From the NCBI GenBank assembly GCA_963702845.1, contig OY969763.1, positions 4,128,001 through 4,192,000 on the forward strand: a stretch of 64,000 nt of DNA. The letters run 5' to 3'. Made by a program: the position numbers and the translations under genes. This DNA is from an uncultured Verrucomicrobiae bacterium. GTDB lineage: Bacteria; Verrucomicrobiota; Verrucomicrobiia; Limisphaerales; Palsa-1400. The notes below the pieces were generated by a model. That model made no database searches. It was not told the DNA's origin and was given only the letters and a program-made list of their open reading frames with translations. Shown here piece by piece: positions 48,639 to 61,744 of this stretch (positions are counted from its first letter, which is position 1; each line of letters begins with the position of its first letter).

Positions 48639-50399
48639 TTACTTCGTTGCCATCAATGCCGCGAAGGCGATGGTGTTTTGGAGCATGTGAATGGCCATGG
48701 GGAACCAGATGGATTTGGAGGTGTGACGAGCCCAGCCAAGGAGTAGCCCAATCAGGAACAGCGGGAAGAAATAGATCAGGTCCATGTGGACTGCGCCGAA
48801 AATGGCGGCTGTGATCAGGATTGTCCAAATGGGTGTTAGCCATTTGCTCAAGGCTCCATAGAGCAGGCCGCGAAAGAGCGTTTCTTCGGAGAGGGGAGCG
48901 ATGATGGCGACGGCGATTGCGGCCAGCGCGCGGTGTTCGTGGACGAGGTCGAGGATGAAACGGATATTGCGCGGTTCGGGTTTTGTGTGGGTGATGGAGT
49001 TGATGACGGTTGCGTAAACGCCGGCGATTACGGCAATCCCGACCCAACCCGCAAAGGCCAAGCCGATTTGTTTCCACGCCACAGAAACTGGTTTGAAGGG
49101 TTGGCCCCACGGTTGTTTTGGGAAGGCATGAAACGCGGCGAACAGGAGCGGAACGGGTGCGAGGAGGAGGCCTGCGATTAAATTTGCGGAGGTGAACAGG
49201 CCGGCGAAGAACATCAACGCGACCTGACTTTCGAAATATAACAGGAGCCAACCGATGGCAAAAGCGAGGTGCGGGTGGTCGGCGGTGGATGCCCGGAAAC
49301 TTTTACGCAAGAGGAATACCGACCCGACGACGTAGACGAGGCCGAGAAGAATGGCGGCGCCGGCAAATATTACAGGATAGAGATCGTTGGCTTTCTTGTA
49401 GTCGTGGTTGATCAGGTAGGCGGCAAGCAAGGTCAGTCGGATCGTTTTGTTGGAGGCAGTATTGGACACGGGCTCGAGGACTTTGATGGCCTCAGGAGCG
49501 CGATGGGCCTGGATCAATGCATACGCTTGTGATTGCTGGTTGCGAAGATCGTCTGGCTTGATCTGAGCAGCTTTGGCGAAGGAATCGGCGGCACGGTCGT
49601 ATTGGTCGAGCTTCAGATAGGAGTAGCTAAGCCATGTTCGCAGAAAATAGTTCGTGGGCTCAATCTTCAGCCCGTTGGTGAAGGTGGTGATGGCCGGGGA
49701 GTATTCATGGAGGTGAAACTGCGAGAAGCCGAGCCATTCAAGGGCGAAAATATTGGTGGGTTCGAATTTTAGGGTGTGATTGAGGAGTATCTCGGCCCTT
49801 CGATAATTCTTGGTGTGCGCGTGGGCCATGCCGCCACGCTCACAGCGATAGGCTGTTTCACCACCAAACTGAATGGCCCGATCAAAGGCAAAGGCGGCTT
49901 GCGCGCTGTTGGTGCGTCGTTCGTAGATGTAGCCGAGTTGGTCGTAGACGTCCGGAGAATCTGTTTTGAGTTCGACGGCAATGTTTAATTCGCGCTCGGC
50001 ATCGTCGAATTTCTTCAGCAGCGACAGACAGATACCGAGCCATTCGTGGCCGTCGGGAATTTGGGGATGGAGCGCGGTGTATCGAGCAAAGGCGCGAGCG
50101 GCGGTATCGATTTTATCCTGCACGTAACAGCAATAGGCCAATCGCCACATCGAAGCCGAGTCGTTGTTGTTTTGCTTCAGGACCTCAGTGAACAGTTTTT
50201 CGGCGGCGGCGTAGTCCTTGTTTTCGTAGCGCTCGAGCGCTTTTTTGCGCAAAGCGATTGTCTTGGGCGAATCGTTGGCGGATTCGTCGTTGTGAATATC
50301 GAGCACGGGCGGTTGCAGGAGGCGCGTGGCTGGATTGGTCTGCGCGAACGCGGCTGTGCTGAGCAAAACCAGCAATGCAAGTTGGCGCAGGAATGTCAC
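48639..50399 (-). CDS. TPR repeats fused to CPBP/Abi (CAAX-type) intramembrane protease
   Basis: Signal peptide, about 8 TPRs, TM region with APLSEETLFRG, FGAVH, H-x3-N. Confidence 0.9.
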   Translation of the reverse strand: MTFLRQLALLVLLSTAAFAQTNPATRLLQPPVLDIHNDESANDSPKTIALRKKALERYENKDYAAAEKLFTEVLKQNNNDSASMWRLAYCCYVQDKIDTAARAFARYTALHPQIPDGHEWLGICLSLLKKFDDAERELNIAVELKTDSPDVYDQLGYIYERRTNSAQAAFAFDRAIQFGGETAYRCERGGMAHAHTKNYRRAEILLNHTLKFEPTNIFALEWLGFSQFHLHEYSPAITTFTNGLKIEPTNYFLRTWLSYSYLKLDQYDRAADSFAKAAQIKPDDLRNQQSQAYALIQAHRAPEAIKVLEPVSNTASNKTIRLTLLAAYLINHDYKKANDLYPVIFAGAAILLGLVYVVGSVFLLRKSFRASTADHPHLAFAIGWLLLYFESQVALMFFAGLFTSANLIAGLLLAPVPLLFAAFHAFPKQPWGQPFKPVSVAWKQIGLAFAGWVGIAVIAGVYATVINSITHTKPEPRNIRFILDLVHEHRALAAIAVAIIAPLSEETLFRGLLYGALSKWLTPIWTILITAAIFGAVHMDLIYFFPLFLIGLLLGWARHTSKSIWFPMAIHMLQNTIAFAALMATK

Positions 50400-50556
50400 G
50401 TCGGCGACAACGTAAGCTGAAGCACTGTTGAGAAGGAACTGCAAACTGTGAGGAAGCGTGGAAAAGCGTTAACCGTGGTTGGCGTGTGCAGTTTAGTTCG
50501 CTTCGCGCTGGGAAACGTCAGCAAACTTTCGAAATTTCTTTCGGTGATCGAGTTGC

Positions 50557-50579
50557 TGCGGACTGAAAGTCCGCACTCC
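50557..50579 (-). repeat. GGAG-type REP-like hairpin
   Basis: Minus strand GGAG-TGCGGACT-TTC-AGTCCGCA, a perfect 8-bp stem. Confidence 0.6.
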
Positions 50580-50587
50580 GTCGAAAA

Positions 50588-50615
50588 CGGCGCGCGCGAA
50601 ACGACGCGGCCTACC
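50588..50615 (-). repeat. GTAG-type REP-like element, copy 2
   Basis: cggcgcgcgcgaaacgacgcggcctacc; 3 mismatches to 18571..18598. Confidence 0.65.
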
Positions 50616-50678
50616 GCTTGCCGTCAAACGCTTGATTGTTGTTTGTGGAGGTTTGGTTTAGCTTCGCCGCCAACGATC

Positions 50679-51692
50679 ATGACTACACCGTCGATTATTT
50701 GCGTTTCCTTGTTCATTGCGGCTTTCACGGCTTTGTCGATTGAGGCCCAGCCGAACAAATCCAAAGGCCTCCTCCTAGTTTGCAATAAAGGGGACCACAC
50801 ACTTTCGATTTTTGACCCCGAATCCGGCGAGCAACTCGCAGCCGTACCAGAAGACGGAATAACAGGACATGAAGTCATCGCGTCGGCAGATGGTAACCTG
50901 GCGTTTGTGCCGATTTACGGGAACGCGGGTGTCGGCAAGACCGGGACGGATGGGTCGCTGATTCGCGTGATTGATCTGGATAAGAAAGCAGTCGTTGGAA
51001 GCATCGATTTTCACAAGGGCGTGCGACCGCATTGCGCGGTTATCGGACCGAAGAACCATCTGCTCTATGTTTCGACAGAGTTGGAGAAATCGATCAAAGT
51101 GATGGATCCGAAGTCGTGGAAGATCCTGGGCTCGATTCCGACGGGACAAACAGAGTCGCATATGTTTGCGATTACGAGCGACGGTAAGACGGCCTATTCC
51201 GCGAATGTCGGGCCTGGAACGGTTTCCGTGATCGATATTAAGGCGAAGAAAGTTTTGAAAGTAATTCCGATTTCCGCAAAGACGCAACGCATCTCCATTT
51301 CGCCGGATGACCGCTGGGTTTTCACTGCCGACCAGACGAAGCCGCAACTGGCTGTGATCGATGCGAAGAAGAATGAAGTGGTGAAATGGGTCGAATTGCC
51401 GGCGACCGGTTATGGCACGGGGATCACGCCTGACGGCAAGTTGTTGATCATCGCGATTCCGAAATTGCACCAGGTTGCGGCGGTGGATTTGAACACGTTT
51501 ACGGTAACAAAGACGGTTGAAGTGCCGAAGACGCCGCAATTTGTTTTGGTTAGACCGGATGGAAAAATGGCTTACGTTTCATGTGACGCGAGCAAGCAGG
51601 TCACGGCCATTGACGTGGAGACTTTCAAGGTCCAAAAGTTGATCAATGCGGGTGCCGGCGCGGATGGGTTGGCGTGGGCTGCGCGGAAGTGA
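50679..51692 (+). CDS. YncE/YVTN-type beta-propeller protein
   Basis: Signal peptide; repeated S/TxDG-x2-aromatic...VID units. Confidence 0.85.
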   Translation: MTTPSIICVSLFIAAFTALSIEAQPNKSKGLLLVCNKGDHTLSIFDPESGEQLAAVPEDGITGHEVIASADGNLAFVPIYGNAGVGKTGTDGSLIRVIDLDKKAVVGSIDFHKGVRPHCAVIGPKNHLLYVSTELEKSIKVMDPKSWKILGSIPTGQTESHMFAITSDGKTAYSANVGPGTVSVIDIKAKKVLKVIPISAKTQRISISPDDRWVFTADQTKPQLAVIDAKKNEVVKWVELPATGYGTGITPDGKLLIIAIPKLHQVAAVDLNTFTVTKTVEVPKTPQFVLVRPDGKMAYVSCDASKQVTAIDVETFKVQKLINAGAGADGLAWAARK

Positions 51693-51792
51693 TTTTGGCA
51701 GTCCAAAATTCCTCAAAAATAATCAAACGAATTGGGCCCAAACCGGTCTAATTTTCAGGTCGTTTCAGGTGGCCAGGACAAAGGGACACATA

Positions 51793-51872
51793 CCACAACA
51801 TCTAGATTCCGACTTGGGAAAGCTCCACAACTAATGGCGTTTTTGAGAGGAAAAAACATCAATATAAAGGTT
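51793..51872. promoter_or_regulatory. Three NrdR-box-like sites at 32-bp spacing upstream of gyrB
   Basis: ccaCaAcATcTaGatt (51793), ccaCaActaaTgGcgt (51825), catCaAtATaaaGgtt (51857). Confidence 0.5.
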
Positions 51873-51977
51873 GTCGGAACGAGGGGTTTTTACTAAAGTT
51901 TTTTGTCCAAAAGGACCGAATAAACCTACAGTGGTTTTTGGCCGATTTTACGGCCTCGAAAAAGAGAGATTTTTATA

Positions 51978-54449
<2,472 letters not shown>

Positions 54450-54454
54450 GTCTG

Positions 54455-54475
54455 AATTACCAATTACAGATTACA
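54455..54475 (+). repeat. Heptamer array (aattacc aattaca gattaca)
   Basis: Three 7-bp units just after the gyrB stop. Confidence 0.55.
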
Positions 54476-54534
54476 AAATTGCGGGCTCTGAATCGCTATA
54501 ACGTATCAATCGGTTGAATTGAGATTTTTCCCCC

Positions 54535-57234
54535 ATGCCTGACGATAACGAAAAGACACCACCGCCCGAGCAACCATCCGGTTTCGGTGCTACCCCGCTT
54601 TATGCGGCTAATGAAAAAATCGAGAAAATCAACGTCGCGGACGAAATCAAGAACTCGTTCCTCGACTACTCGATGTCCGTCATCATTTCCCGCGCGTTGC
54701 CCGATGCGCGCGATGGTCTGAAACCTTCGCAGCGCCGCATTCTCTACGCGATGCACGATCTCTCCCTGTTCCCGAACAGGCAGCATCGTAAATGCGCGAA
54801 GATTTGCGGTGACACCAGCGGTAACTACCATCCGCACGGTGAAGCGGTCATTTACCCGACGCTCGTCCACATGGCCCAACCCTGGGCGATGCGCGAACGA
54901 TTGGTCGATGGCCAGGGCAATTTCGGTTCCGTCGAAGGCGATCCACCGGCCGCCATGCGTTATACCGAAGCGCGCATGACGCACCTCGGTGCCGCGCTGA
55001 TGTATGACATGGACAAAGATACTGTCGATTTTGTCCCGAACTACGACGAAACGCGCACCGAGCCAACAGTATTCCCGGCCGCATTTCCGAACCTGCTCGT
55101 CAACGGCGGCACCGGTATCGCCGTCGGTATGGCGACCAACATGGCGCCGCACAATCTCGGCGAATGCATCGATGGCATTTGCGCGCAGATCGATAACCCG
55201 AACATCACGATCCCTGAGTTGATGAAGTTCATCAAGGGCCCGGATTTTCCGACCGGTTGCACAATTTGCGGCGTCGAGGGCATCAAACAATATTTCAAAC
55301 CGGCCGCGGCGCGGTCAAGATTCGCGGCAAAATCGGCGTTGAAGAAATCAAAGGCGGCCGCGAATCGATCGTCATCACGCAAATTCCGTATAACGTCAAT
55401 CGCGCGACGTTGGTCGAGCGCATCGCCGAGTTGGTCAACGAAAAAGTCCTTCCTGACATCACCGGCATTCGCGACGAATCCGATGAAAACACGCGCGTGG
55501 TCATCGACATCAAGCGCGATGCCATCGCCAAGGTCGTCATCAACAATCTATACGAGCACACCGCGCTCGAAACCAGTTTTGCGGTCAACGCGCTCGCCAT
55601 CGATCATGGCCGGCCGAAGACGCTCTCACTCAAAGAGCTGATCAATTGCTACATCGAGCATCGCCGCGAAGTCGTCTTGCGCCGCACGCGTTACGAACTG
55701 CGCAAAGCCGAAGAACGCGCCGAGATTCCTCGAAGGTTACCTCATTGCCCTGGCGAACATGGATGAGTTCATCCGCATCATTCGCGAATCGCGCAACAAA
55801 GATGAAGCCAAGATCAAGTTGCTGGCGTTTGACTTTTCACGCGCCAACAAGTCGAGCGACTTTGCTGTCATCATCCGCAGCGAAGCGCGCCTGACCAACG
55901 GCCGCTATTCCTTCAGCGAAGCCCAGGCCAACGCGATTTTGGAACTGCGCCTCTATCAACTGACCGGCCTGGAAGTCGACAAGATCAAAGCCGAATACAA
56001 CGAAGTTGCTTGAGAACGCATCGTCGACCTGCAGAGACATTCTCGCGAAAGAATCGCGCGTCTTCGCGATCATCAAAGCCGAGCTGCAGGAGATCAAAGC
56101 AGAAATACGCCACGCCGCGTATGACCGAGATCGTTCCCGACGAGGGCGAAATCGCGATCGAAGACCTGATCGCCAACGAAGGTGTCATCATCACCATCAC
56201 CCACGCCGGCCTGATCAAGCGCACCAACGTCAGCGAATATCGCGCGCAACGGCGCGGCGGCAAAGGCGTCATCGGCATGACCACGCGCGAGTCGGCCGCT
56301 GCAGGCGAAGCCGGAAGATTTCATCGAACACCTGTTCACCGCCAGCACGCACGATTACCTGATGTTCTTCACGAACACCGGCCGTGCCTACGTCGAGCGC
56401 GTGCACGAAATTCCCGACATGGGCCGCACCTCAAAAGGCCGCAGCATCGCGAATATTCTCGAATTGAAAGCCGACGAAAAAATCGCCGCGCTCATCCGCG
56501 TCGAGTCCAAGGTCAACGAGAACAAAGGAAGACATCACCTGGACGCAGTCGCAGCACGTGTTCTTTGCCACCCAAAAAGGCACGGTGAAAAAGACTGCGC
56601 TTGAAGATTTCGCGAACATCCGCAAAGGCGGCATCATCGCCATCGGCATCGAAGAAGGCGACAAGCTGATCGAATGCCGGCTCACCAGCGGTCAAGGACG
56701 AAGTCGTCCTCATCACCAGAGAGGGCATGAGCATCCGTTTCTCCGAAGAAGACGTGCGCTCCATGGGCCGCCCCGCCACTGGCGTTCGCGGAATCAATCT
56801 CGATGCAGAGCGACGAACTGGTCGCCCTTGCCGTCGTCGTGCCAGATGCGACGCTGTTGGTCGCCGGCGAACGTGGCATCGGCAAACGCACCGATTTCGG
56901 CGAATACCGCCAGCAATCCCGCGGCGGCAAAGGCATCATCACCATGAAGACCAGCGACAAAACTGGTTGCGTCGCCGGCGCGCTGACCGTGAAGGACGCC
57001 GACGAAATCATGCTCATCACCGTCGGCGGCCAAATGGTCCGCACCCGCGTGCAAGACATCCGCGAAGCCGGCCGCAACACCCAAGGCGTGAAACTGATCA
57101 ACCTTGAAGGCGAAGACAAACTCCAAGGCATCGCCCCCGTCATCAGCGAAGAAAAACAAGACGCCGAAGCCGAAGAACCACCGGCTGCAGAAGGTGCCAC
57201 TCCCACCGAGCCACCCCCTGCTCCCCAGAGCTAA
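54535..57234 (+). CDS. gyrA: DNA gyrase subunit A; about 8 frameshifts, probably sequencing errors
   Basis: [26 protein letters not shown], GyrA-box QRRGGKG, beta-pinwheel repeats. Confidence 0.96.
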
Positions 57235-57248
57235 ATTAAAATTCTCAC

Positions 57249-57280
57249 AAGGCGCCGAGCAAAACTCGGCGCCTTTTTTT
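57249..57280 (+). terminator. Rho-independent terminator after gyrA
   Basis: AAGGCGCCGAG-CAAAA-CTCGGCGCCTT followed by a T run. Confidence 0.92.
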
Positions 57281-57402
57281 GTGGGAGACGAGGTAACGAA
57301 TCTCGAGTGCATCTACCTGCGTCCTGAGCCACGGGTGTTTCCGTTTGCTCCTTTCAGCCTTGCAATCCCGGCCATCTCAGTCAAAAACACAACCACAACC
57401 AG

Positions 57403-58268
57403 ATGAAAAAAATCGGTTTAAGTTTGTTCCTCGTGCTTTCGGCGGTGCCTGTTTTCGCGCAGACAAAAACTTCCGCTACACAACTCCCCGAAGTCACTGT
57501 TCATGGCACAAACACCATTTCCGAAAATGATCTCGTCGGAGACAACCATCAACCGGAATGGACCACTCAACGGCGCTTTCCCACCACCCGCATTTACGTC
57601 CTCGCTCCCTGGCAGGCCGAATTCGAGCAATGGTGGAAAGGAAAATTCCTCCGTGGGGGCGGACACGACCACCTTTTCCAATCAGAAGTTGAACTCGGTT
57701 TGCCGCACCGTTTTCAGTTGGATTTTTACGAAAACGTCGCAGTGCCCGACAAAAGCGGTCCAGTCACGATGGCAATCAACTCGAACTCCGTTACGCCCTC
57801 GCCGACTGGGGCAAAATCCCACTGAACCCGACCCTATATGGCGAGTGGAAATTCAACGAACACGATGCCGACGCCTATGAACTCAAACTTCTCCTGGGCG
57901 AAAGCTTTTCCAGCCGTGTGCACTGGGGATTCAACGCATTCTACGAACAGGAAGTGGGCGGTGGCCGTGAATCCGAAACCGGTTTTGCGCAAGGCATCAG
58001 CTACACCCTCATCGATCAAAAGTTGAGCGCTGGAGTCGAAATGAACTTCGAACGCACCTCCGGCCCGAATTTCGACGGCACACCCAACGTCGAATTCCTT
58101 CTCGGCCCCAGCGTGCAATGGCGTCCGACCGCTCGCACTCATCTGGACCTCGTCCCGCTCTTTGGACTCACCCATGATTCCCCGCGCGTGGAAGCCTTCA
58201 TCGTCTTCGGCATCGATCTCGCGCGCGGCCAGAGCCACTATGTCCCGACCTCCGCGTTGTCACGCTGA
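57403..58268 (+). CDS. Secreted/outer-membrane beta-barrel-like protein; frameshift near 57765
   Basis: Signal peptide; QRRFPTTRIYV, FEQWW, then (shifted) ELRYALADWGKIPLNPTLYGEWK...GPSVQWRP...FIVFGIDL. Confidence 0.7.
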
Positions 58269-58302
58269 CAGCTTTCGGGTGTGTCTTTTGCGACGAATTG
58301 CG

Positions 58303-61147
58303 TCACCTTGGCACCTCTCGAAGACGATAAAATTTTTCCGCCTCGAGTCCGTTAGGATCAAGCAAAGTGTTGTTCGAACCAGTTCCTGCCATCGGATCGC
58401 CAAGCGGAAACCAGCCATTGATAAAATCATCACTATATTCCGGCCTGATAAGCTTTCGCCGCATCCGAATTCCATCGAACAAAATCGAACCGCCATCGAT
58501 CATTTGGAACTTAAATGAAGGCCGGTGCAACGCGCACGTATTCGTAAACAAGGAACATTATACCCACTGACGCGCACGACGGATTTAGACCACCCAGCGC
58601 CGAACTCGCATACTCGCCGCAATCGTCTTCGATTCTCCCGGCCAAAGCGAAATATAATTATCCGAGTAAACAACCGGCAGCACCTCGAACCCACCATCGC
58701 CAGCAGTAACTTCGGCACGGACGAAATAAGCGATATTGCTTGGGCTCGAATTCGTCAAAAAAATCGTCGCCATTTCCTGCCCATCCGCCAATCTGCCGGC
58801 AGGCAAACACGATCAGGTTAGTGTTCGACGGAAGATTATTCAGCCCGGTCAAGTTCGCATAACTGCTCACCGACGTATGATACCAATTGGTTACCGTCCC
58901 TAGTTTATCCGGCAAGATGGAATACGCATAAACATTGTCACTCACATTGTGTCCGATTGAATCCGCCAACCGCAATCGAATAAGATAAGTCGTTGTCAGC
59001 CCGCTCGCCCCCGAAATATTCATCGCAGTCGTCGATGTATTCGCCGGAAAATCCATCGTCACCGAATTCGTATAATTCAGCGTTAAAGCAGGGAAGTATA
59101 AACCGACTTCGAAGCAGTAAGATTCGTCGCTGCCACAACGTCGATTGAACACCTTAATATTCGTCGTTTTGTAATCGTAAAGAATGTGAAGCGGCTCCAG
59201 CGCCTTTTTCGTTCCGAAATAACCTCCGCCCGGCTTGAGAAAGTAATCGTACAAATTCCAGTGAACCGATGGCCACGCATTGTTCATCATCCAAAAAATC
59301 GTCCCCTGCGGGAGCGTATACGCGTTTGCTCCAAACGCCTCAAACTGCGCCCGCTGCGTTTCATAATTCAGCATCTGTGCCCGTTGCGCATATTGCGTGA
59401 TATTCGTACAGTCGTTCCATAACGACTCATCACACCCGGCGAATAAAAACTCAGTCCCGCAAAAATTCCCGCGCCAGCGTGATACCCATACACACTCCCG
59501 ATCGGCCACAAATCCGCTGGCGCAATAAATTTCCTCAAACTTTCCTCCGGCGGCACAACCTCCGTCCCTTGCTCAACACAAATCCCAAACGCTCCACCAA
59601 GATTCGTATCCGCATACCAATAAACCGGCGGCTCCCACACATACGGCCCATTCATCTTCGGAACACTCCCGCTCGAGTTATTATAAGAGGCGACATTATC
59701 GAGCGTCGGATTTTGCCAATGCAAAGTCGTCGCGATGTTTTTATACCCCGACAGCACCGAAGGTTTGGCAACTCATCACTCCCATAGGCCCACACCAACG
59801 CGCTCGGATGCGCCCGCATCAAGCCGCATTTGGCTGTTCAGCGAAGCATTCGCCACCGACAAATCTTCCGCACTCCACAAACTCCATTCCGCCCAATACG
59901 TGCAACACACAAATCCCGGCATCAGCATGACACCTGCCCGATCGGCATCCGCGTAAAAATCGTCATTACCGAGAATCCCTTCAAACCGAACCACATTCAG
60001 CCCCATATCGCGCGCATAATTGATATGCGTCTGGTTGATGTTCGTGTCCCAGCGCATGAACATATCCCAAACATACGCCGCGCCGCGCAGCAACAAGATT
60101 CTGCCCATTCACCTTATAGCCGCTGTAAGTCGCCCCATATTCCGACGCCGTCAGATAATCGGTAACCTGACGGATCCCAAAATTCACCGACGCCGCATCA
60201 CTCTGCGTGCCATTAACAGTGAACGTCAGTTGCAGATTATATAGCTCCGGACTGCCCAGCGGAATCGGCCACCACAACGCCGGATTCGTCACCTGCAATT
60301 GCGAAAAAATCGTCGGATCAAAAACAATCTCCCGACGATCATTGGGATTAAGCGTTACATTTTGCGAAAAATTGATGCTCGGATACCCTTGTTTCGTGAT
60401 CAATCCGTTCAAAGTCCCGTTCACCACATTGGTAGTCCCATTCGATGCGTCCACATAAACCGTCAAACTCGCCGAATTCGTCGCCGGCAACGGAAGCACC
60501 GTCTTCACATAAGGATCACGCAACGCCACCGGCCCGGTTGCATCCAATAGCACCTTCCCCCACAGCCCGGCATTCCAATCCGGCGGTTTCGGATTCCAAT
60601 CTGCATACCAAAACGAAAGGTTTGTCCCCGCGCTGCTCGGCGGAGTGATCAGAATAGCCAACACATTCGACCCGCCGTTATTGATGAGACTCGTCACGTT
60701 ATACTCATGCGTGACCATCGTGCCGACCGCATTCGTATCAAGTTGCGTTCCGTTGAGCCAAATTTTCGCCCGATACGCGATGCCCCTAAACCGCAGCCAA
60801 TACTGTCCGCCGGGCGTTGTATTTGTCGGCGCAACAAACTGTCCGCGATACCACCACGTCTGCTTCGTCAAATCCGGCACCGCCTGCAGGTTCGTCCCAA
60901 AAAATAAATTCGTGTAAACATTATTCGTCACCAACCCCGCCATCACCGTCGAGGGCACCGAAATCGGATACCAACCCGAAACGCTATAACCCGGTTGCGA
61001 AATCATCGCGCCACTATCCGCAAGTCCCGTTTGCGTGCGCAGTGACCACCCCGTCGAAAGCTCGGTCGTCTGAGCGCCCAATCGCGCCAACACTGAAAAT
61101 GCCACCACAATGGCTAACAGCTTTCGAAGCACGGAGACAATATTCAT
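58303..61147 (-). CDS. GH2 exo-beta-D-glucosaminidase (CsxA-like), secreted, with C-terminal FYRL tail; many frameshifts
   Basis: Ordered fragments: WNPKPPDWNAGLW, LWWP-x4-PELY, MGLNVVRFEG, KMNGPYVWEPPVYWY, NYETQRAQFEAF, WMMNNAWPSVHWNLYDY, SDNYISLWPGE, KFYRL. Confidence 0.85.
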
Positions 61148-61365
61148 CGCGGTAAAAAGGAGCCAAAAGGCCAGTGGTTGGGTACGGCGTCCATTCGGCC
61201 TGACCATGGTCAATTTTGCAATCCATTTTGCTGACGGTAATTGCTCGCCACATTAAAGGTGAGTTGCGCTTCTCGTCGGCCCCCATCCGCATTTATCCCA
61301 AACGCATAACCGGTGGCACAATCGCCGTTGCGACAGACCGTGGTGAGTGGGATAGATTTCTACAT

Positions 61366-61737
61366 ATGGACATCAACCGAGTTGGTTCACAGCCGTCCGC
61401 TAAAGGCCCGGCGGATTGGTTCACAGGAACGGTACGAATTGATCCGTTGTTCTCAACGACCCCGCCAGCGCGAGTCGCTGGCGCGCGCGCCGCGTGGCAC
61501 ACTCATCCACTTGGCCAGACGCTCATCGTAACCGCCGGATGCGGATGGGCGCAACGCGCGGGCGGCCCAGTTGAAGAAATCCGTCCCGGCGGCACCGTCT
61601 GGTTTCCACCCAGCGAAAAACATTGGCACAGCGCAACGCCCACCACCTCGATGACCCACATCGCCATTCAAGAAAATCTCGACGGAACAGTTGTCGATTG
61701 GATGGAGCACGTCACCGACGCCCAATATCGCAAATGA
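61366..61737 (+). CDS. Cupin domain protein
   Basis: [44 protein letters not shown]. Confidence 0.88.
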   Translation: MDINRVGSQPSAKGPADWFTGTVRIDPLFSTTPPARVAGARAAWHTHPLGQTLIVTAGCGWAQRAGGPVEEIRPGGTVWFPPSEKHWHSATPTTSMTHIAIQENLDGTVVDWMEHVTDAQYRK

Positions 61738-61744
61738 CTGAGCG

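Noticed and set aside
51693..51977. oriC upstream of gyrB (CCACA motifs, AT-richer spacer)
   Set aside because: The best matches differ from TTATCCACA at about 3 positions, and dnaA/dnaN are not adjacent. The NrdR-like reading fits the spacing better.
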